64,000 bases of DNA from the human T2T-CHM13v2.0 reference genome, Homo sapiens, in NCBI RefSeq assembly GCF_009914755.1, contig NC_060940.1. The stretch is one strand, 5' to 3'. The notes under the pieces are model-generated. The model saw only the letters and a list, made by a program, of their open reading frames with translations. It did no database searches and was not told where the DNA came from. Both the position numbers and the translations under genes were made by a program. Of this stretch, positions 27,511-41,874 are shown one piece after another. Each line of letters starts with the position of its first letter. Position 1 is the stretch's first letter.

Positions 27511-29868
27511 ACTATCTCCTTCATTAATAATAATAATAATAATAGCTAAAAGCAATTGAGCACTTACTATGTACAGACATTGGGTTAAGACTTTACATAA
27601 ATTATATAATTAAATCAATTACCAATGGTTTATATATATGTCAGAACCTAGGGTCATTTGATACAACAATAAAAATATAAAATAGCAACAGCAATACAAA
27701 AACTTTCCTTCTCTGACTTAATCTTCCCATTATCCCCACTATATGCTACCAGGGGCATCACACATCAGCTCAAGAACAAGCCCCTTTTAGGTATTCCATG
27801 GAGCCTGCCATATAGTCCTGCTCACCAGCTCCAGCGCCATCTCTCTGTGGAAGCGTCCATTGCTGTTCCCAAAGCCCCACTGCACTGCACTATGTCCTCT
27901 AGCTTGACGCCATCATGGGCTCCAACAACCACCCCTGGTGGGAAAGTACCTATCCCCACTCGGGCTACATCCTGTTTCCCTGGTTAAAAAACACCACGGC
28001 TCTGTGCTTGCAGCGCCTCACCAAGTTTTGATATGAAGCAGCTCTTTGGTTCTGTGCTCAGGTTTTACCATAGCTGCCTTGCTCTAGGGGGAGTTCAGTG
28101 GGGAAGCGCCTTCCTCAGATATGGACCTCTGTTCTTGCAGCAAGCTTTTGGCCTGGATTCAATCTTCCTTCAGAATGTTTCTTTCCCAGGAGACCCTGAG
28201 CAAAGAATCTCCATGAGGCCATCCCATCATCTTCTAGACAGGCCCAGGCATTTCTGACTCCTGCGGTGAACACAATAGTTTGTGCTTCCCAGCTGGGACT
28301 CACACTCAGAAGATCAAGCTTCTGGCCAGCCATGTAGCGACTCAAAGCTTGTGGTTGTCTTCTTAGTACTGGGTTGGTTTTGAAATGACTCATCCACAGC
28401 GTCTGGCTGCTTTTTGTGAGAAACTTTGTGCATTGTTGAGGCAAATGGTTAGCATGAGGGGTTCATCTCTGCTCATGATGATTGTTCAATACATGCTCAA
28501 TGATTTAGACTAAATTTCACTCATGCATTCATCAAATATGTATGAGCTTCTGCTCTGTACACCCTACAATGGCCCTAGGATGGCATTTGGAGACACTGAT
28601 GTGCAAAACATAGTCGCATAGCTGAAAGGGTCAGATATTCATTTATTCAAAAAATGGGCACAAAAATGTACAAAATGCAAAAAATATCTTCCCTTGTGGA
28701 ACTTGCATTTGAGCATGAATAAGTACATGCAATGAAGTACCAAGTGGAGCTGCTATCAGAGAACTCTGGAAGAATACAACAGGGTGAAGAAGAGGAATGA
28801 TTAATTCTATGTGGAGAGGGGAGGAGGATCAGGGAAGGCTCCTGGCGGTGGGGGAGAGGGGTGATCCCTGAGTGAAGTCTTGATAGAATAATAGGTATTA
28901 ATAGGTTTTGAAGACAAGGACACAGTGTAAACAAAGGAATGGGACTGCTGGCTGGTAGGGGAAACCAAGAGTAGATTGTAGAAGTTGGAACATTGAGTAC
29001 AGGGAGAAGAAGGAGTGGCATCATGAGAAGAGATGAGGTCTATGAAGACCTCAAAATGAGAACTTCTAGTCCGTGGTTCCCTAGGAAACTGAGCCCGAGG
29101 GTAAAGCTTTCCAGGGAGTGCAATCCCTGGGAAGTAGAAATGAGGGAAAGGGGGAGTAAGTAAGGGAGGCACTGGGAGCAAATAGAAGGATGTCATTACC
29201 CAACTGGTCATGACTTGGTGACAAGATGATCTCTTTGGCTTTACCAGGCATCTTTGCAGAGAACGTGAGAAAGATTGCATCTCTGAAACATCCATCTAAG
29301 CGAGGGAAGACAGGGGACTTTACACAAGGCTTCCATAAGGCATTGGTCAACATTTGCCCCATAGGTGATTAACTCCTGCACTTCTGATGTGTAAGCACTG
29401 GGCATGTGGGAACACCAGGTGGATCATGTAGTGTCTTGCACCTGGAGGAAGCCCCTGGGCAGGAGAAAAGAGGGCCATGCAGGCTCATGGCCGGAGAGAC
29501 CCTAACAGTAACTGGGATTTGGAGCAACAGTAGAGGCATGCTCCTCCCTTTGTAATTCAGGCCCAGCTGACGAGCATTAACATCAACACAGACCTTAAGA
29601 CTGACAGAAAAGACTCTTTAAGTCTGATAAGAAACATGTATATCTATTCTCTCTGAAGCCTACTACCTGGCTTCCCCACCTGCTGCCTCAACAACCTGGC
29701 TATAAAACTAGGGAACAATATAAGACGCTGCTAGGGCTGCCCCAGCTAGAAAGCAAGGCAAGTGCTCAGATACAGGATGGTATTTAAACTGAATCTGGTA
29801 CAAAGCCTTCAATGGATTTTAATCTGTAGAGTAATGTATTCGAATTTGTGTTTTTAAAAGACCACTCC

Positions 29869-30559
29869 TGGATTTCTCAAAGAACTGAAAGTAGATCTGC
29901 TATTTGATCCAGCAATCCCACTACTGGGTATCTACTCAAAGGAAAAGAAATCATTATATAAAAATGATATCTGCTCATATGTTTATCACAGCACTATGCA
30001 CAGTAGCAAAGATAGGGAATCAACCTAAATGTCCATCAACCAATGAGTGGATAAAGAAAATATGGCATGGATATACATATGTACGTATATACCATATAAA
30101 AGTGGTGTATACACACACACACACACACACACACCAAGGAAAACTACTCAGCCATTTAAAAAAAGAGTGAAATAATGTCTTTTGCAGCAACTTGGATGGG
30201 ACTGGAGGCCATTATCCTAAGTGAAGTAACTCAGGAATGGGAAACCAAATACCGCATGTTCTCACTTATAAGTGGGAGCTAAGTTATAGGTACACAAAAG
30301 CATGCAGAGTGGTATAATCACATTAGAGACTCAGAAGGAGGAAGGGTGGGAGGGGGGTAAAGGATGAAAAAAAATCACCTTTTGGGCACAATGTAGTAGT
30401 GTGATGCGTACCCAAGTACTCATCACACTACTCAGGAGATGATTACACTAAAAGCCCAGACTTTACTACTGTATAATTCGTCCACGTAACAAAAAACCAC
30501 TTGTACCCCTAAAGCTATTAAAATAAAAACATTTAATAATAAAAAATTTTAAATTAATA
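29869..30559 (+). mobile_element. 5'-truncated L1 (L1PB/L1MA-like) 3' end
   Basis: ORF2 C-terminal remnant (gatccagcaatcccactactgggtatc) plus 3' UTR and A-rich tail. TSD aaaagaccactcc/aaaagaccacccc. Confidence 0.9.
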
Positions 30560-31712
30560 AAAAGACCACCCCAGCTGCAGAGTAAAGAATGGGTTTCGAG
30601 TTTCCCAAAGAGTGCTCCATGCACCAATGGAGATATTTCAAAGTATTTTATGTCTTTATGTTGTGCACAGGTTTATTTTACTAGCTAAGTTTTTAGAAAA
30701 TGTATGTGTATATGTTTTACAGGTGTTTATGTAGACAGTACAATGTTAGATTTTATATAATAAATGCAGTCAATGTAAACAAACGTGCAAGGTTGAATAC
30801 TACAGATGGGAGAGAGATGTGGACAAAATCAAAAAGGTAAAGTTTAGGAAATGCTGGATTAGACTGAAGGGTAGGTGACCAGCTAGGAGAGAGAATCAGG
30901 AGATAAAATGAAAGAACCTACCATGATAGGAATGAGAGGAAGGGATAGATAAGAACAATGTTGAGGAGTCAGGTTTCAAAGGACTTGGTCGTTAACTGGA
31001 TATAGGAGCCTGAGAGAAAGATTAAAATTCAACGATGCTTTAGCAATAAGAAGGTAAAGGATTCATGGAAGGTCAGATGCAGAACTTCACCCCTTCAACT
31101 CTGTGTCCCAACCCCATGGGTTCATTAGACAGAGGATGAGCTGCTGATTTGCCAACCAAGAGCTCCAAAGCCAGATGTGCATGCCCTACGTGTGCTTCAG
31201 ATGAAGAAGTGTGGACCTCAGTGTGGACCTTCGGAAATGGTGAGGACTGTCTGGGCCGGAGAAGAGCAAACACAGCAGTGGCACAATGGCAACCAGCTGA
31301 TGAACCATTCTTGTGGGAAACAACCCCAGCCACTTGGATCCCAGCCTGGTGAGTCAGCACCCAGGCTACTGCTTGCCACCCACCAAGAAATGCACATGTT
31401 TGGAAATTTGATGACATCTGGAGTTTCAGTCTTAATCAGGCTGGTTTTGGCATTTCCTTTCCAGGCATGGAGCTGTTTCTGGGTATTTTTCAAAATTGTC
31501 TATAGGGAATGCCATAGAAAAACCCCTAAACTGAATCTTGCTAGAGCCACACCTTGCAATTCCACGACTTTTGCACATTTATCTAATGATTTGCCGAGTA
31601 GCCACACCAACAAAGGACAGAGCAGAGACTGTAAAGGGATGGAGCCAAGCTGTACCTAGGCAGAAAAGTTTCCCCACCTGCTGCCTCACGCCCATCTCTG
31701 CTGTGTACCAGG

Positions 31713-32403
31713 TGTAAACTAAAAATAAAATTCTAAGCCCCTCAACCATCTGAACGGACCCCTCCCCTTGGCCAAGGGCGTTCTAAAGTTAGCCTGAAAA
31801 ACTAATGCAGGCCATCATGGGAAGCAGGAGTTGGACATGCTCCTGCCTTTGGAGTTCAGGCCCAGCTGACCAGTATTAACATCAACACAAACCTTAAGAC
31901 TGATAGAAAAGACTCTTTAAGTCTGATAAGAAATATGTACATCTATTCTCTCTGAAGCCTACTACCTGGAGGCTTCAACTGCATGATAAAAGCCTGGTCT
32001 CCACAACCCCTTATTTAACTCAGACATTCCTTTCTATTGATTCCAAGTCTTTAGACAATAACTTAACTCTTTCCATCAACTGTCAATCAGAAGATCTTTG
32101 ATCTACCTATGACCTGGAACTACCCCTCCACCCCAACCACCACCACCTCACCCCACCCCCTCACTCCCTCATTTTCACTTCTAGTTGTTCCACCATTCTG
32201 GACCAAACCAATGTACAGCTTACATGTATTAATTGATGTCTTATGTCTTCCTAAAATGTATAAAACCACGTTGTAGCCCGACCACCTTGGGCACATGTTC
32301 TCAGGATCTCCTGAGGGCTCCGTCATGGGTCATGGGTCACTCATATTTGGCTCAGAATAAATCTCTTCAAATATTTCACAGAGCTTGACTCTTTTCATCA
32401 ACA
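31713..32403 (+). mobile_element. ERV1 MER4-group solo LTR
   Basis: TG...CA termini (tgtaaactaaaaataaaattctaagccc...ttcatcaaca), 4-bp TSD cagg/cagg, TATA-like tataaaa and aataaa in order. Confidence 0.88.
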
Positions 32404-32770
32404 CAGGTGTGACAGTGGCAAATCAGTTATCTGGGGTTCTCCTACTTCATCTAAAAACTGGAGGAAATATGCTCAGTAAGGTACTTTGCAATTGCTCAAT
32501 GTCTTGTAGTCATGATGATGATTTTGAGATGTCTTATACTTTGTCTTTTATCATCAGCACTCCTCCAGCTCACAGATTCTCTTACTCCTTGCGAATGAAT
32601 TTTGGACCAGGAATAGCCGTATCTGTGAGTTTGTTTTGAGTCAAAAGTCTGGTCGACACACCATTACTACCTAACTGCCAGTCTACCAGTCTAGGATCAT
32701 AGCACTAACCACTGCAACCCCAAAAGTGGTGTGTCCAACACCACTCTCTTGGATGACGCATGGTGTGGAG

Positions 32771-33846
32771 CAGCAGTTCTCAAAGTATTTTCTGGGAAAT
32801 TCTAGGGGTCCCTAAGACCCCTCCAGGGAGCCTGTGAAGTCAAGGCTATTTTCATATTAATAATACTAAGGCATTGCTTACTTTTTTCATTCTTACTGTC
32901 ATGAGCGTCTGGTTGAATATTCCAGAAGCTACATGATATGTGATATCACAACAGATTGAATACAGAAGCAGATATAAAATCCACCTGTCATCTATTACAT
33001 CAGACATTTAAAAGATTTTTAAAAATACAAAAGAATGCCACTCTTCTCACTACTTTTTTATTTTGGAAAATGCAGTTGTTTTTCATAAAAATGTTATTCA
33101 TGTCAATATGTAACGGGTCTATTATTGTTATATTTATGTGAGTTAAAACTTTTTAAAATTTCTTCATTACATTTCTAATATCTTAAATATCAGTAGATAC
33201 CACTCATATACATAAAAGCTCTTTGGGCTCTTTAATCATTTTTTTCATGAATCCTTAATTATATTTATTTTTTAAATATAAGAATATTTTTAAAAGTATA
33301 ACCACAGTAGGATTAACCACCTAAAAATTAACAATAATTCCTTAATATTATGAAATATTCATTGTTCCAATATTTCAGATTGGCACACACACACATACAC
33401 AGTTTTTCATTTAAATTGGGATCCGAAGTAGTCCTTATATGGCAATTGGTAGATATGCCTCCTAGGTAATCCCATCCCACTGATATTTTTTTTCTTTGAA
33501 ATTCATTTGGTTATAAAACCTAAAGCTGAAATAGTTTGTGTGGTTTTCTACATTCTAGGTTTGACTAATTGCGTTGATGGAGTTTTGTTTAACGTATTTC
33601 TCTGCCCTCTGTATTTCCTGGACATTACAAGTTTCATTTACAGGCACGATTATACCCAGGTGGGATAATACTTGCAAGGGTGCTTTCTCGGTGGTGGTGT
33701 GTCCTAGCATGAGAAGGCACAAGATGTCTGACTGGGGAAGTTGACAAGAATGGTGATCATAAATCTGATAACTCATTAGTGGTTACAGCTCAATCACTTT
33801 TAAGAGCATGAAAGGATCCTGTGACCAAAGTGTATGAGAAAACCAA
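32771..33846. mobile_element. Charlie1-family hAT fossil with an old L1-like insert (~33250-33790)
   Basis: cagcagttctcaaagt...gtcaaggctattttcatattaataatactaagg start and aaaggatcctgtgaccaaagtgtatgagaa end. Confidence 0.65.
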
Positions 33847-35059
33847 GTGTGAAGATCACAGTTTTTCAAATGAGACGACTCCATACTCCACTCCCAGCAG
33901 TTGCCATTTATTAGCTGAGACTAGGAATGGATTTGGAAAAGTTACTTAACCTCTTTGAAATTCAGTTTCCTTGTCTGTAAAAGGAGGATCATAATATTCT
34001 CCAACCAACTGCTTGATTGTAAAAACTAAACAAAACAACAGATACAAAAGTCAGTGTGTGGCACCCAGGGTATGGAAGGTACTCAATTGATTATCTCTCT
34101 CTCCTGATAACAATCGAATTCAGAAGCTGACAGGGAAAACTATTCTGAGTCCTGAGTAAAAGTGGACAGTGGGCTGAAGAGGGAGACAAATTCTCCCTCA
34201 CTTCTTCCAAGGTACAGGGGCCACCCCATCCCCACCTTGAGCTAGGTGCTATCAGAACTACTATGGTCTTGTGATTCAGATAGAGATGGTTTCCAAGAAT
34301 GATTCTGCCATTATCTGGCTGTGTGATCTCTTGGAGCCAAGAGCCAAGTTCCTTGGGGGCCATGATACATAACTCTTGGGTTCATTGTGAGGAATCATGA
34401 TCTACTACAGATGGTATGCTGACTATGGGACCTGATATGTTACATATAGGCAACAATGGTGCTGGTTGCTTGCATTGTGTTAATAATACTATAACTGTAT
34501 TAGGAACAATTTTTTTTGCTGCTATTGGTGGTGATGATGTGGGTGTTGTTGAAGAAGGGGGGAAACTAACCTCTCTCACTCCACAGCTAAGAAACATAAA
34601 GGGTAAAAATTGGGATCTCAGGATTGATTAATGGGCACACAACCTTCCAAGTTGAGCTCCCTTGTACAGCATGACTAGAAAATAAAATGGGACCTCTTGT
34701 CTACCTTTCATTCCCAAGTACACCTTCTCTTCTTATTCCTCTTATTCAGGCAGAAAAGATAAAGAATGGAAGCCCTCCCTCCAGGGGTGCACACCAGCCA
34801 AGGGAAGAGATGTGTATTTTGTCTCTGGGACCCAGTCAACAAGGCCTAGTGCATGTCAGGCTCTCACTGATCAGAGGGGCACCACCGTCTCCCATGGAGA
34901 AACTTGAAGAAGGACTAGAGAGAAGTGCAAGCTGTCTTGCCAGCACTTCTGAGTCATTGGTGGGGGTTCCTACACTAAGAGCAGAAGTAGGAACATGGGA
35001 AGGGGAAGAGAGAGCTTCCCCTGTAGTAATAAAAATTTAAAAACGGCCTCCATGATGAT

Positions 35060-36120
35060 AATCCAAAAAACTGACAAGACCAAACGCTGATGTGGTTGTG
35101 GAGCAACAAGAATTCTCATTCATTGCTGGTGGGAATGTAAAATGGCGCAGCTACTTTGGAAGATAATTTAACAGTCTTACGAAGCTAAAGCTAAACATAG
35201 TCCTGCCATACTACCCAGTATTTGTACTCCCAGGTATTTACGCAAATGATTTGAAAACTTACGTTCATGCAAAAAGTTGCACATGATGTTTATGTGCAGC
35301 TTTGTTCATGATTACCGAAACTTGGAAGCAACCAACACATCCTCCAGTAAGTGAATGGATAAAAAATTATGGGACATCAATACAATAGAGTTTCTTTGTT
35401 TTTTTATTTTCTACAACAGGGCCTCACTCTGTCACCCAGGGTGGAGTGTAGTGGTGCGATCATAACTCCCTGCATACTTGAACTCCTGGACTCAAGCAAT
35501 CCTCCTGCCTCAGCCTGCTGAATGGCTGGGACTGCAGGCATGCACCACCACAACTGGCCTCCCATACAATAGAATATTATTCAACAATAAAAAGAAATTT
35601 TTAATAAAGTCACAAAGAAGACATGGAAAAAGTTAAATGCATATTGCTCAGCAAAATAGGCCAATCTGAAAAAGCTACATACTTACATACTGCTTGATTT
35701 CAACTACATGAAATTGTGGAAAAGGCAAAACTATAGAAATAGTAAAAAAAAAAAAAGAAAAGAAAAGTTGCCAGGGGTTTCAGAGGAGAGAGGTAAGGAT
35801 GAATGGCTAGAGCGTCAGAGACCTTTTTAGGGCAGTGAAACTATTCTGTATGATACTATAATGATGGATACATGACATTACATATTTGTCAAAACCACAG
35901 ACTGTACAACACAGAGTGAACCGTCATGTAAACTATGGCCTTTCATTAGTAACATTAATGAATCAATATTGTTTCATCAGTTGTTGCAAATATACCACAC
36001 TAATGCAAGATGGCAATAATAGAGAAAAGCGTATGGGGTTTGGGGAAGAGGGTATATGAGAACTCTGTGCAATCTGCCCAATCTTTCTGTAAACTTTAAA
36101 CTGCGCTAAAAAGTAACATA
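35060..36120 (+). mobile_element. L1MC/L1MD-like 3' portion
   Basis: cattgctggtgggaatgtaaaatgg...gaaactattctgtatgatactataatg...gaactctgtgcaatctgcccaatc. Confidence 0.85.
35391..35559 (-). mobile_element. Monomeric old Alu (FAM/FRAM/AluJ-like) inside L1
   Basis: Single Alu monomer with TSD atacaataga on both sides. Confidence 0.85.
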
Positions 36121-36959
36121 CATTAATTAGAAAACAAGCAAACATAGGATTAATTGCTTTCTGAGCCAGCTAACACATCTTCAGACCTGAAAAAAAAAAT
36201 CTGACAGTTAATTATGACAAATAATTCTGACAATTGATGCCCAGCCCCAGAATCCAGGCAGAGAGAAAGACAACAGTCACTGATAAATTACAACAGAGGC
36301 ATCACAAAGGGACAAGAAACCCCTCATGTCTAAGTTCTTGACCCACAGGCCCAAGGAAGAAGCTAATCCCTGTCCCAAGCCCCAGTGAAACTCTGCTGAA
36401 CTCATCCACTCTGACCACCATTGCCATCCCTGATCTCCCAGCTGGTGAAGAGGATGCCATGCTCTCTCACAAGAGAATCACTAGTGCCCCCCAAAGAAAA
36501 CCAACCCTAGAGGACTCAGATTCCCTCAGGGTCCACCTTGTCACTAACCCAAGCATCTGCCACCTAAATCCCCTTCCCTTCAACACCAAGGTTGAATGGG
36601 TATTCAAGTAAAATGGCCCCCAGTAAATAGCTTGAGCTGCCATCACATGTACTGTGAGCTCACCAGCACCTTCCCCAGGCTGTGATAGGGGCAAGAGGAA
36701 GGAGAAGAAGACTGGGGCGACATTCTCCTGGGAGAATGTCAGTGTGCTGAGCTCTCTTCCCTTCTCTGGCTTGACTCAGACCATCAGAGTTGGGTTTTGC
36801 CATCAATTAAACTCACAGGTAAAAGCAGCATCCTGAGTTGCAATATCATTTAATATTATTTTCAATTGCTTTAACGACACTATCAAGTCCAACAGCTTGA
36901 GTCCAGTACACAGAGATCAATGTCTGGGTAACACAGTGCAGTTGAAAAAGTAGGGAATC

Positions 36960-37505
36960 TAAAGCCATAAGCTAAAGTTAACATCACCAGTAAAAGAACA
37001 AATGGACACCAAGTGCCTCCAGATATGATGCGCTGAGAAAGACACAACAGTTCTATCTCGTTCATGATGTCCTTGCCAAAAGTGCATAGCCTGAATTTTA
37101 CAATGGGGAAAGTTCAGACAAACGCAATTTGAGGGACATTCTACAAAATATCACTGGCCTGTTAAAGTCTCCTTAAAATGTCAAGGTCAAGGACATCTCA
37201 GAAAGGTGAAGGAACTGTTCCACGTTAAAGGCAACTAAAAAGATGTGACAACTAAATGTGATGCATAATCCTAGATTGGATTCTGGACCAGAAAAAGGAT
37301 ATTCAGGGGACAATTGGAAACATTTGAATAATTAAATTGTAATATTGTTATGAATGTTAACTTTCTAATTCTTACCATTATGTCACACACAAGAAGTTGG
37401 CATTTAGGGGATTTGGGTGAAGGGTATGTGGAATTATTTTTGCTACTATTTTTGCAACTTTTTTGTAAATCTGAAATTATTTCAGAATTAAAAGTTTTAA
37501 AACAA
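36960..37505 (+). mobile_element. L1ME-like 3' end
   Basis: gagggacattctacaaaata...acaactaaatgtgatgcataatcctagattggattctggaccag...aaatctgaaattatttc. Confidence 0.7.
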
Positions 37506-37628
37506 ACGGAAATATAAATAATAGAGTTGCTGCTCCGCTGTTTACCACTGTATCCTTGGGCGAGTCACTTCATCTCTTTGAGCCCCAGTTTTCTCTCCTA
37601 TCAAATGGAGGTACTAAAAGAGACTGAG

Positions 37629-37838
37629 AGACTGGGCAAAACAGTGAGACCTCATCTCTACAAATAATTTAAAAAATTAGCCAAGCATGGTGGCACACAC
37701 CTGTAGTCACAGCTACTCAGGAGGCAGAAGTGGCAGGATTGCTTGAGCCTTGGAAGCAGAGGTTGCAGTGAGCTGAGATTACACCACTGCACTCCAACCT
37801 GGGCAACAGAGCAAGACCCTGTCTCAGAAAAAGAAAAC
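37629..37838 (+). mobile_element. 5'-truncated AluJ
   Basis: End of left arm plus right arm, with ggattgcttgagcc and gcaagaccctgtctc. Confidence 0.88.
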
Positions 37839-37840
37839 GG

Positions 37841-38205
37841 GGCACGTATACACCATGGAATACTACGCAGCCATAAAAGAGGATGAGTTCACATCCTTTG
37901 CAGAGACATGGATGAAGCTGGAAACCATCATTCTCAGCAAACTAACACAGGAACAGAAAACCAAACACCGCATGTTCTCACCCATAAGTGGGAGTTGAAC
38001 AATGAGAACACATGGACACAGGGAGGCGAATATCACACACCAGGGCCTGTCAGGGGGTGGCGGGCTAGGGGAGGGATAACATTAGGAGAAATACCTAATG
38101 TAGATGACGGGTTGATGAGTGCAGCAAACCACCATGGCACGTGTGTACCTAAGTAACAAACCTGCACGTTCTGCACATGTATCCCAGAACTCAAAGTATA
38201 ATAAA
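37841..38205 (+). mobile_element. L1PA (PA7/8-like) 3' end
   Basis: catggatgaagctggaaaccatcattctcagcaaacta...aacctgcacgttctgcacatgtatcccagaac. Confidence 0.92.
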
Positions 38206-38224
38206 ATGATAATAATAATAATAA

Positions 38225-38589
<365 letters not shown>

Positions 38590-40749
38590 CTAACCTGAAA
38601 TAACTGCACGTTATTTAATAGTATGTCTGCATGCTATTAAACACATTTAGGATCATATACAATTCTGAAAACAACAGCAACAGAAACCTAGACAAGAAAT
38701 CTGAAGCCAAGAGGCTATGGCATCACAATACGCCACAGAGTAGGGGAGGCAGAATTCAAACCCAGGTCTATTTGATTCCAAATGCCAAGCTCTCCCAGCT
38801 CCACCAGGGCTGTTACCATGAGGACAACTTGATGAATGACACAAGACACAGGGCAGACGAGAAGAGAGACCCAAAGACTCCACAATCAAACAGGAAATGT
38901 GGCCAAGAGTAGATATAATCTTCAAGACACAACCGCAAGCTAAGAAAAAACATTATCAACCACAGATCTATTCCACCAAAGATTGGCCCACAACATCTGA
39001 ATATTCTCCTCTTTGCCAATAACTGCTTGTTACCATCCAAATTGTAGTGAGAGCAGCTCATATGTCTCTTTTTGCAAGTGAAAGTGTAAATAAGGGTGGC
39101 TGCACAGGTGGCACACTGGGACACAGTATGTGCCATGAGGATGGAACCCATTAGGTCCTCTGTCACCTTGAGACTGCACGCACCTGCCATCTGTCCTGGC
39201 AAAGCCCAGGGCTCCACACTCCACAACAGCAGGAAAACTCCAAGGATCAGCCTTCTCGACCTGGCCCGCCGAGCTTGCCCTGAGAGCTCTATCTGTGTGT
39301 GCTTCTCTGCACACAGTGGCTAAATCTGCGGACCCCCCAACCATCCTACAGCCACCAATCATTGTTAAGGCCCTTAATCCAGGAGGTTATTAAGTTACAC
39401 CCCACAAGTCACCATCTGGCTGGTGGGGATTTCCTGAGTGGGTGGGGTCTCCTGGCACTTCTTGAATTACACCAGCTTGGATGTCAGTCCCCAATGACAG
39501 AGTCTCAGAGACTCTCTCTGCCTCCAAATTCACTCCCAACCCTCCTGCCCCAGTCTTCAGCCAGGCTTCCATTGCTTTTAAGGGGAAAGGGAGAAGGTGA
39601 ATGTCAGGGAATGAACACTTATGGGCCACCTAGTACGAGCCAGCCCCTCTTCTGGGCATTTTCTACACTTGGCTCACATAAGTTTTACAAAAACTTGTAG
39701 TAGGTGTTATCGTGCCCGTCGAACAGATTACTTACAGTGACCATAATCAAGACTGTGTCATTCATCAAAGTCAAATCAGAGATTTAAACGCAAGGTCATC
39801 TGGCTTCAAACTATGCTCTTTCTACTAAAACCTAAGAATCTCTAACATTCTTGCCTTTGCTCTCTCTGGCCACTTTTCTCAGCAAAATCTCCCCAGATTT
39901 ATTACCAATTGACAATCTTGGTGGAGGAATTATCATGGGTCATGCACACACTGGCGTTTCCCACTCACCTGGTACCAAACACAGCCTCCTTCTCTTCCTT
40001 GGGCAAGACAGTGGCTGCCCTATACAAGTGCCCAGGATACCCCTCCTGCCCTCATCTTGAACCTCCCCATGTTGGCTCTTGAGACTACTGTCCATTCTGC
40101 TGCTGGGTTCTGAGTTCAGGCTCTTGGCCAGGCATTCCAGATCAATGCACTGGTCATGTCTTCTGATCTTGGATGCCAACTTCTGGACTTGGCTTCATGC
40201 CCAGCGTAGGCACACTCCTGGTCCAGTGCCACCACATCCATGTTTCCAGGAAGGGATGTGAATGATGAAGTAGAAACATCACTGGAAATCTCCAAATGCA
40301 AGAGCTTCCAATGGGACTGCTTTATGGAATCCCTGGGGGAAAGTACGCCAAGTCTCATATACTCTCATTTAATCTTGTCACCAATCCTGAGAGACGTAGT
40401 GGGAGCCCCAAATACAGATGAGGACACAGAAGGCCACAGAAGAGCAGGGGCGTGCCATGGCCCCTCAATCAGGGAGTTTCTCTAGGGGGACAATGCTCCG
40501 CTTGGTTACCAGCAAAGACCCTGCTTGCAGATCCTTCTCTGGGAAAGCAAAGGGGCTTTAGCACATCACGACCAGCTTTCTCCTGGGCCCCACTTCGGCT
40601 GTGCCCAGGCCTGCATGTGTTCAGAGCAAGACGCCTGTGCTGAGTTCACTGACTGGAGTGCCCTAAGCCCTGCCCATGGCATTCACCAGCATAAGTATTA
40701 ATGTGGTCACTATTGGTTAAGTGGTAATACCATGCCAGCAATTGTCCTA

Positions 40750-41322
40750 AAGATATACACACGTGTGTATTTGTATATGTATGCATGTATGTATCTATCT
40801 ATATAATCTCATATTATAAAATAAATCTAATACACATATAATCTCATGCACAGGTGTAAAGTCCATTTAATCACTAAAGAGTGACAATGTGCCCAAAACT
40901 CTTCTAAGCATTCTATATATAGATAAAAATCTCATGTATATATGTATATAATCTTATTTAAATGTATATTTCATATATTTGTATAAATCTAATATACCTA
41001 ACACACACATATACAAAAATCACAGTCTTTAAATAGTGACTTTATGCCAACAACTCTACTAATAATTGTGTATAATAATGACATGTCATCTAATTTACAT
41101 GACTCATATAAAAGATCTTGCAAATATATATATATACACGTGAAAATCTCATTTAATCATTAAACAGTGACTATATGTTAGCAACTGTTCTAAATACTAT
41201 ATATACTCATTTATATATAAATCTCATATGCAAATTTAATCATTAAAAATGACTATAGGCCAATAACTGTTTTCTATATTATACATTATAATTTTAGATT
41301 TCAGTGTCATTTATATACTTAA

Positions 41323-41358
<36 letters not shown>

Positions 41359-41400
41359 CACAAATATACAGACACACAGACATATACACAGGTGTGTGTA
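40750..41400. repeat. AT-rich low-complexity tract including (TA)14 at 41327-41354
   Basis: Direct reading. A degenerate recurring taatcattaaa..gtgactatatgcca motif is present. Confidence 0.85.
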
Positions 41401-41496
41401 ACTCTGTTAACCCTTCAAAAAGTCCCTAGAGGCAGGCACAGCTGTTATCCTCAAAGGCTGAGCAAAACCAGACACCTGGCACTTGTGATAATCAGG

Positions 41497-41874
41497 TATA
41501 TTAGTCCGCCCTCACACTGCCATAAAGAACTACCTGACACTGGGTAATTCATGAAGAAAAGAGGTTTAATTGAGCCACAGTTCAGCAGGCTTAACAGGAA
41601 GCATGGCTGAGAAGCCTCAGGAAATTTACTATCATGGTGGAAGGTGAAAGGGAAGCAAGCACCTTCTTCACATGGCGGCAGGAGAGAGAGAGAGCAACTG
41701 GGGTTGTGACACACACTTTTAAACCATCAGATCTCATGAGAACTCACTATCACGAGAACAGCATAGGAAAAACCGCCCCCACACTCCAATCACTTCCTAC
41801 CAGGTCCCTCCCCCAACATTGGGAATTACAATTCGACATGGATTTGGGTGGGGACACAGAGTCAAATCATATCA
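41497..41874 (-). mobile_element. MSTA-like MaLR solo LTR
   Basis: tattagtcc...gaaaagaggtttaattg...gggtggggacacagagtcaaatcatatca, with 5-bp TSD tcagg/ccagg. Confidence 0.9.
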
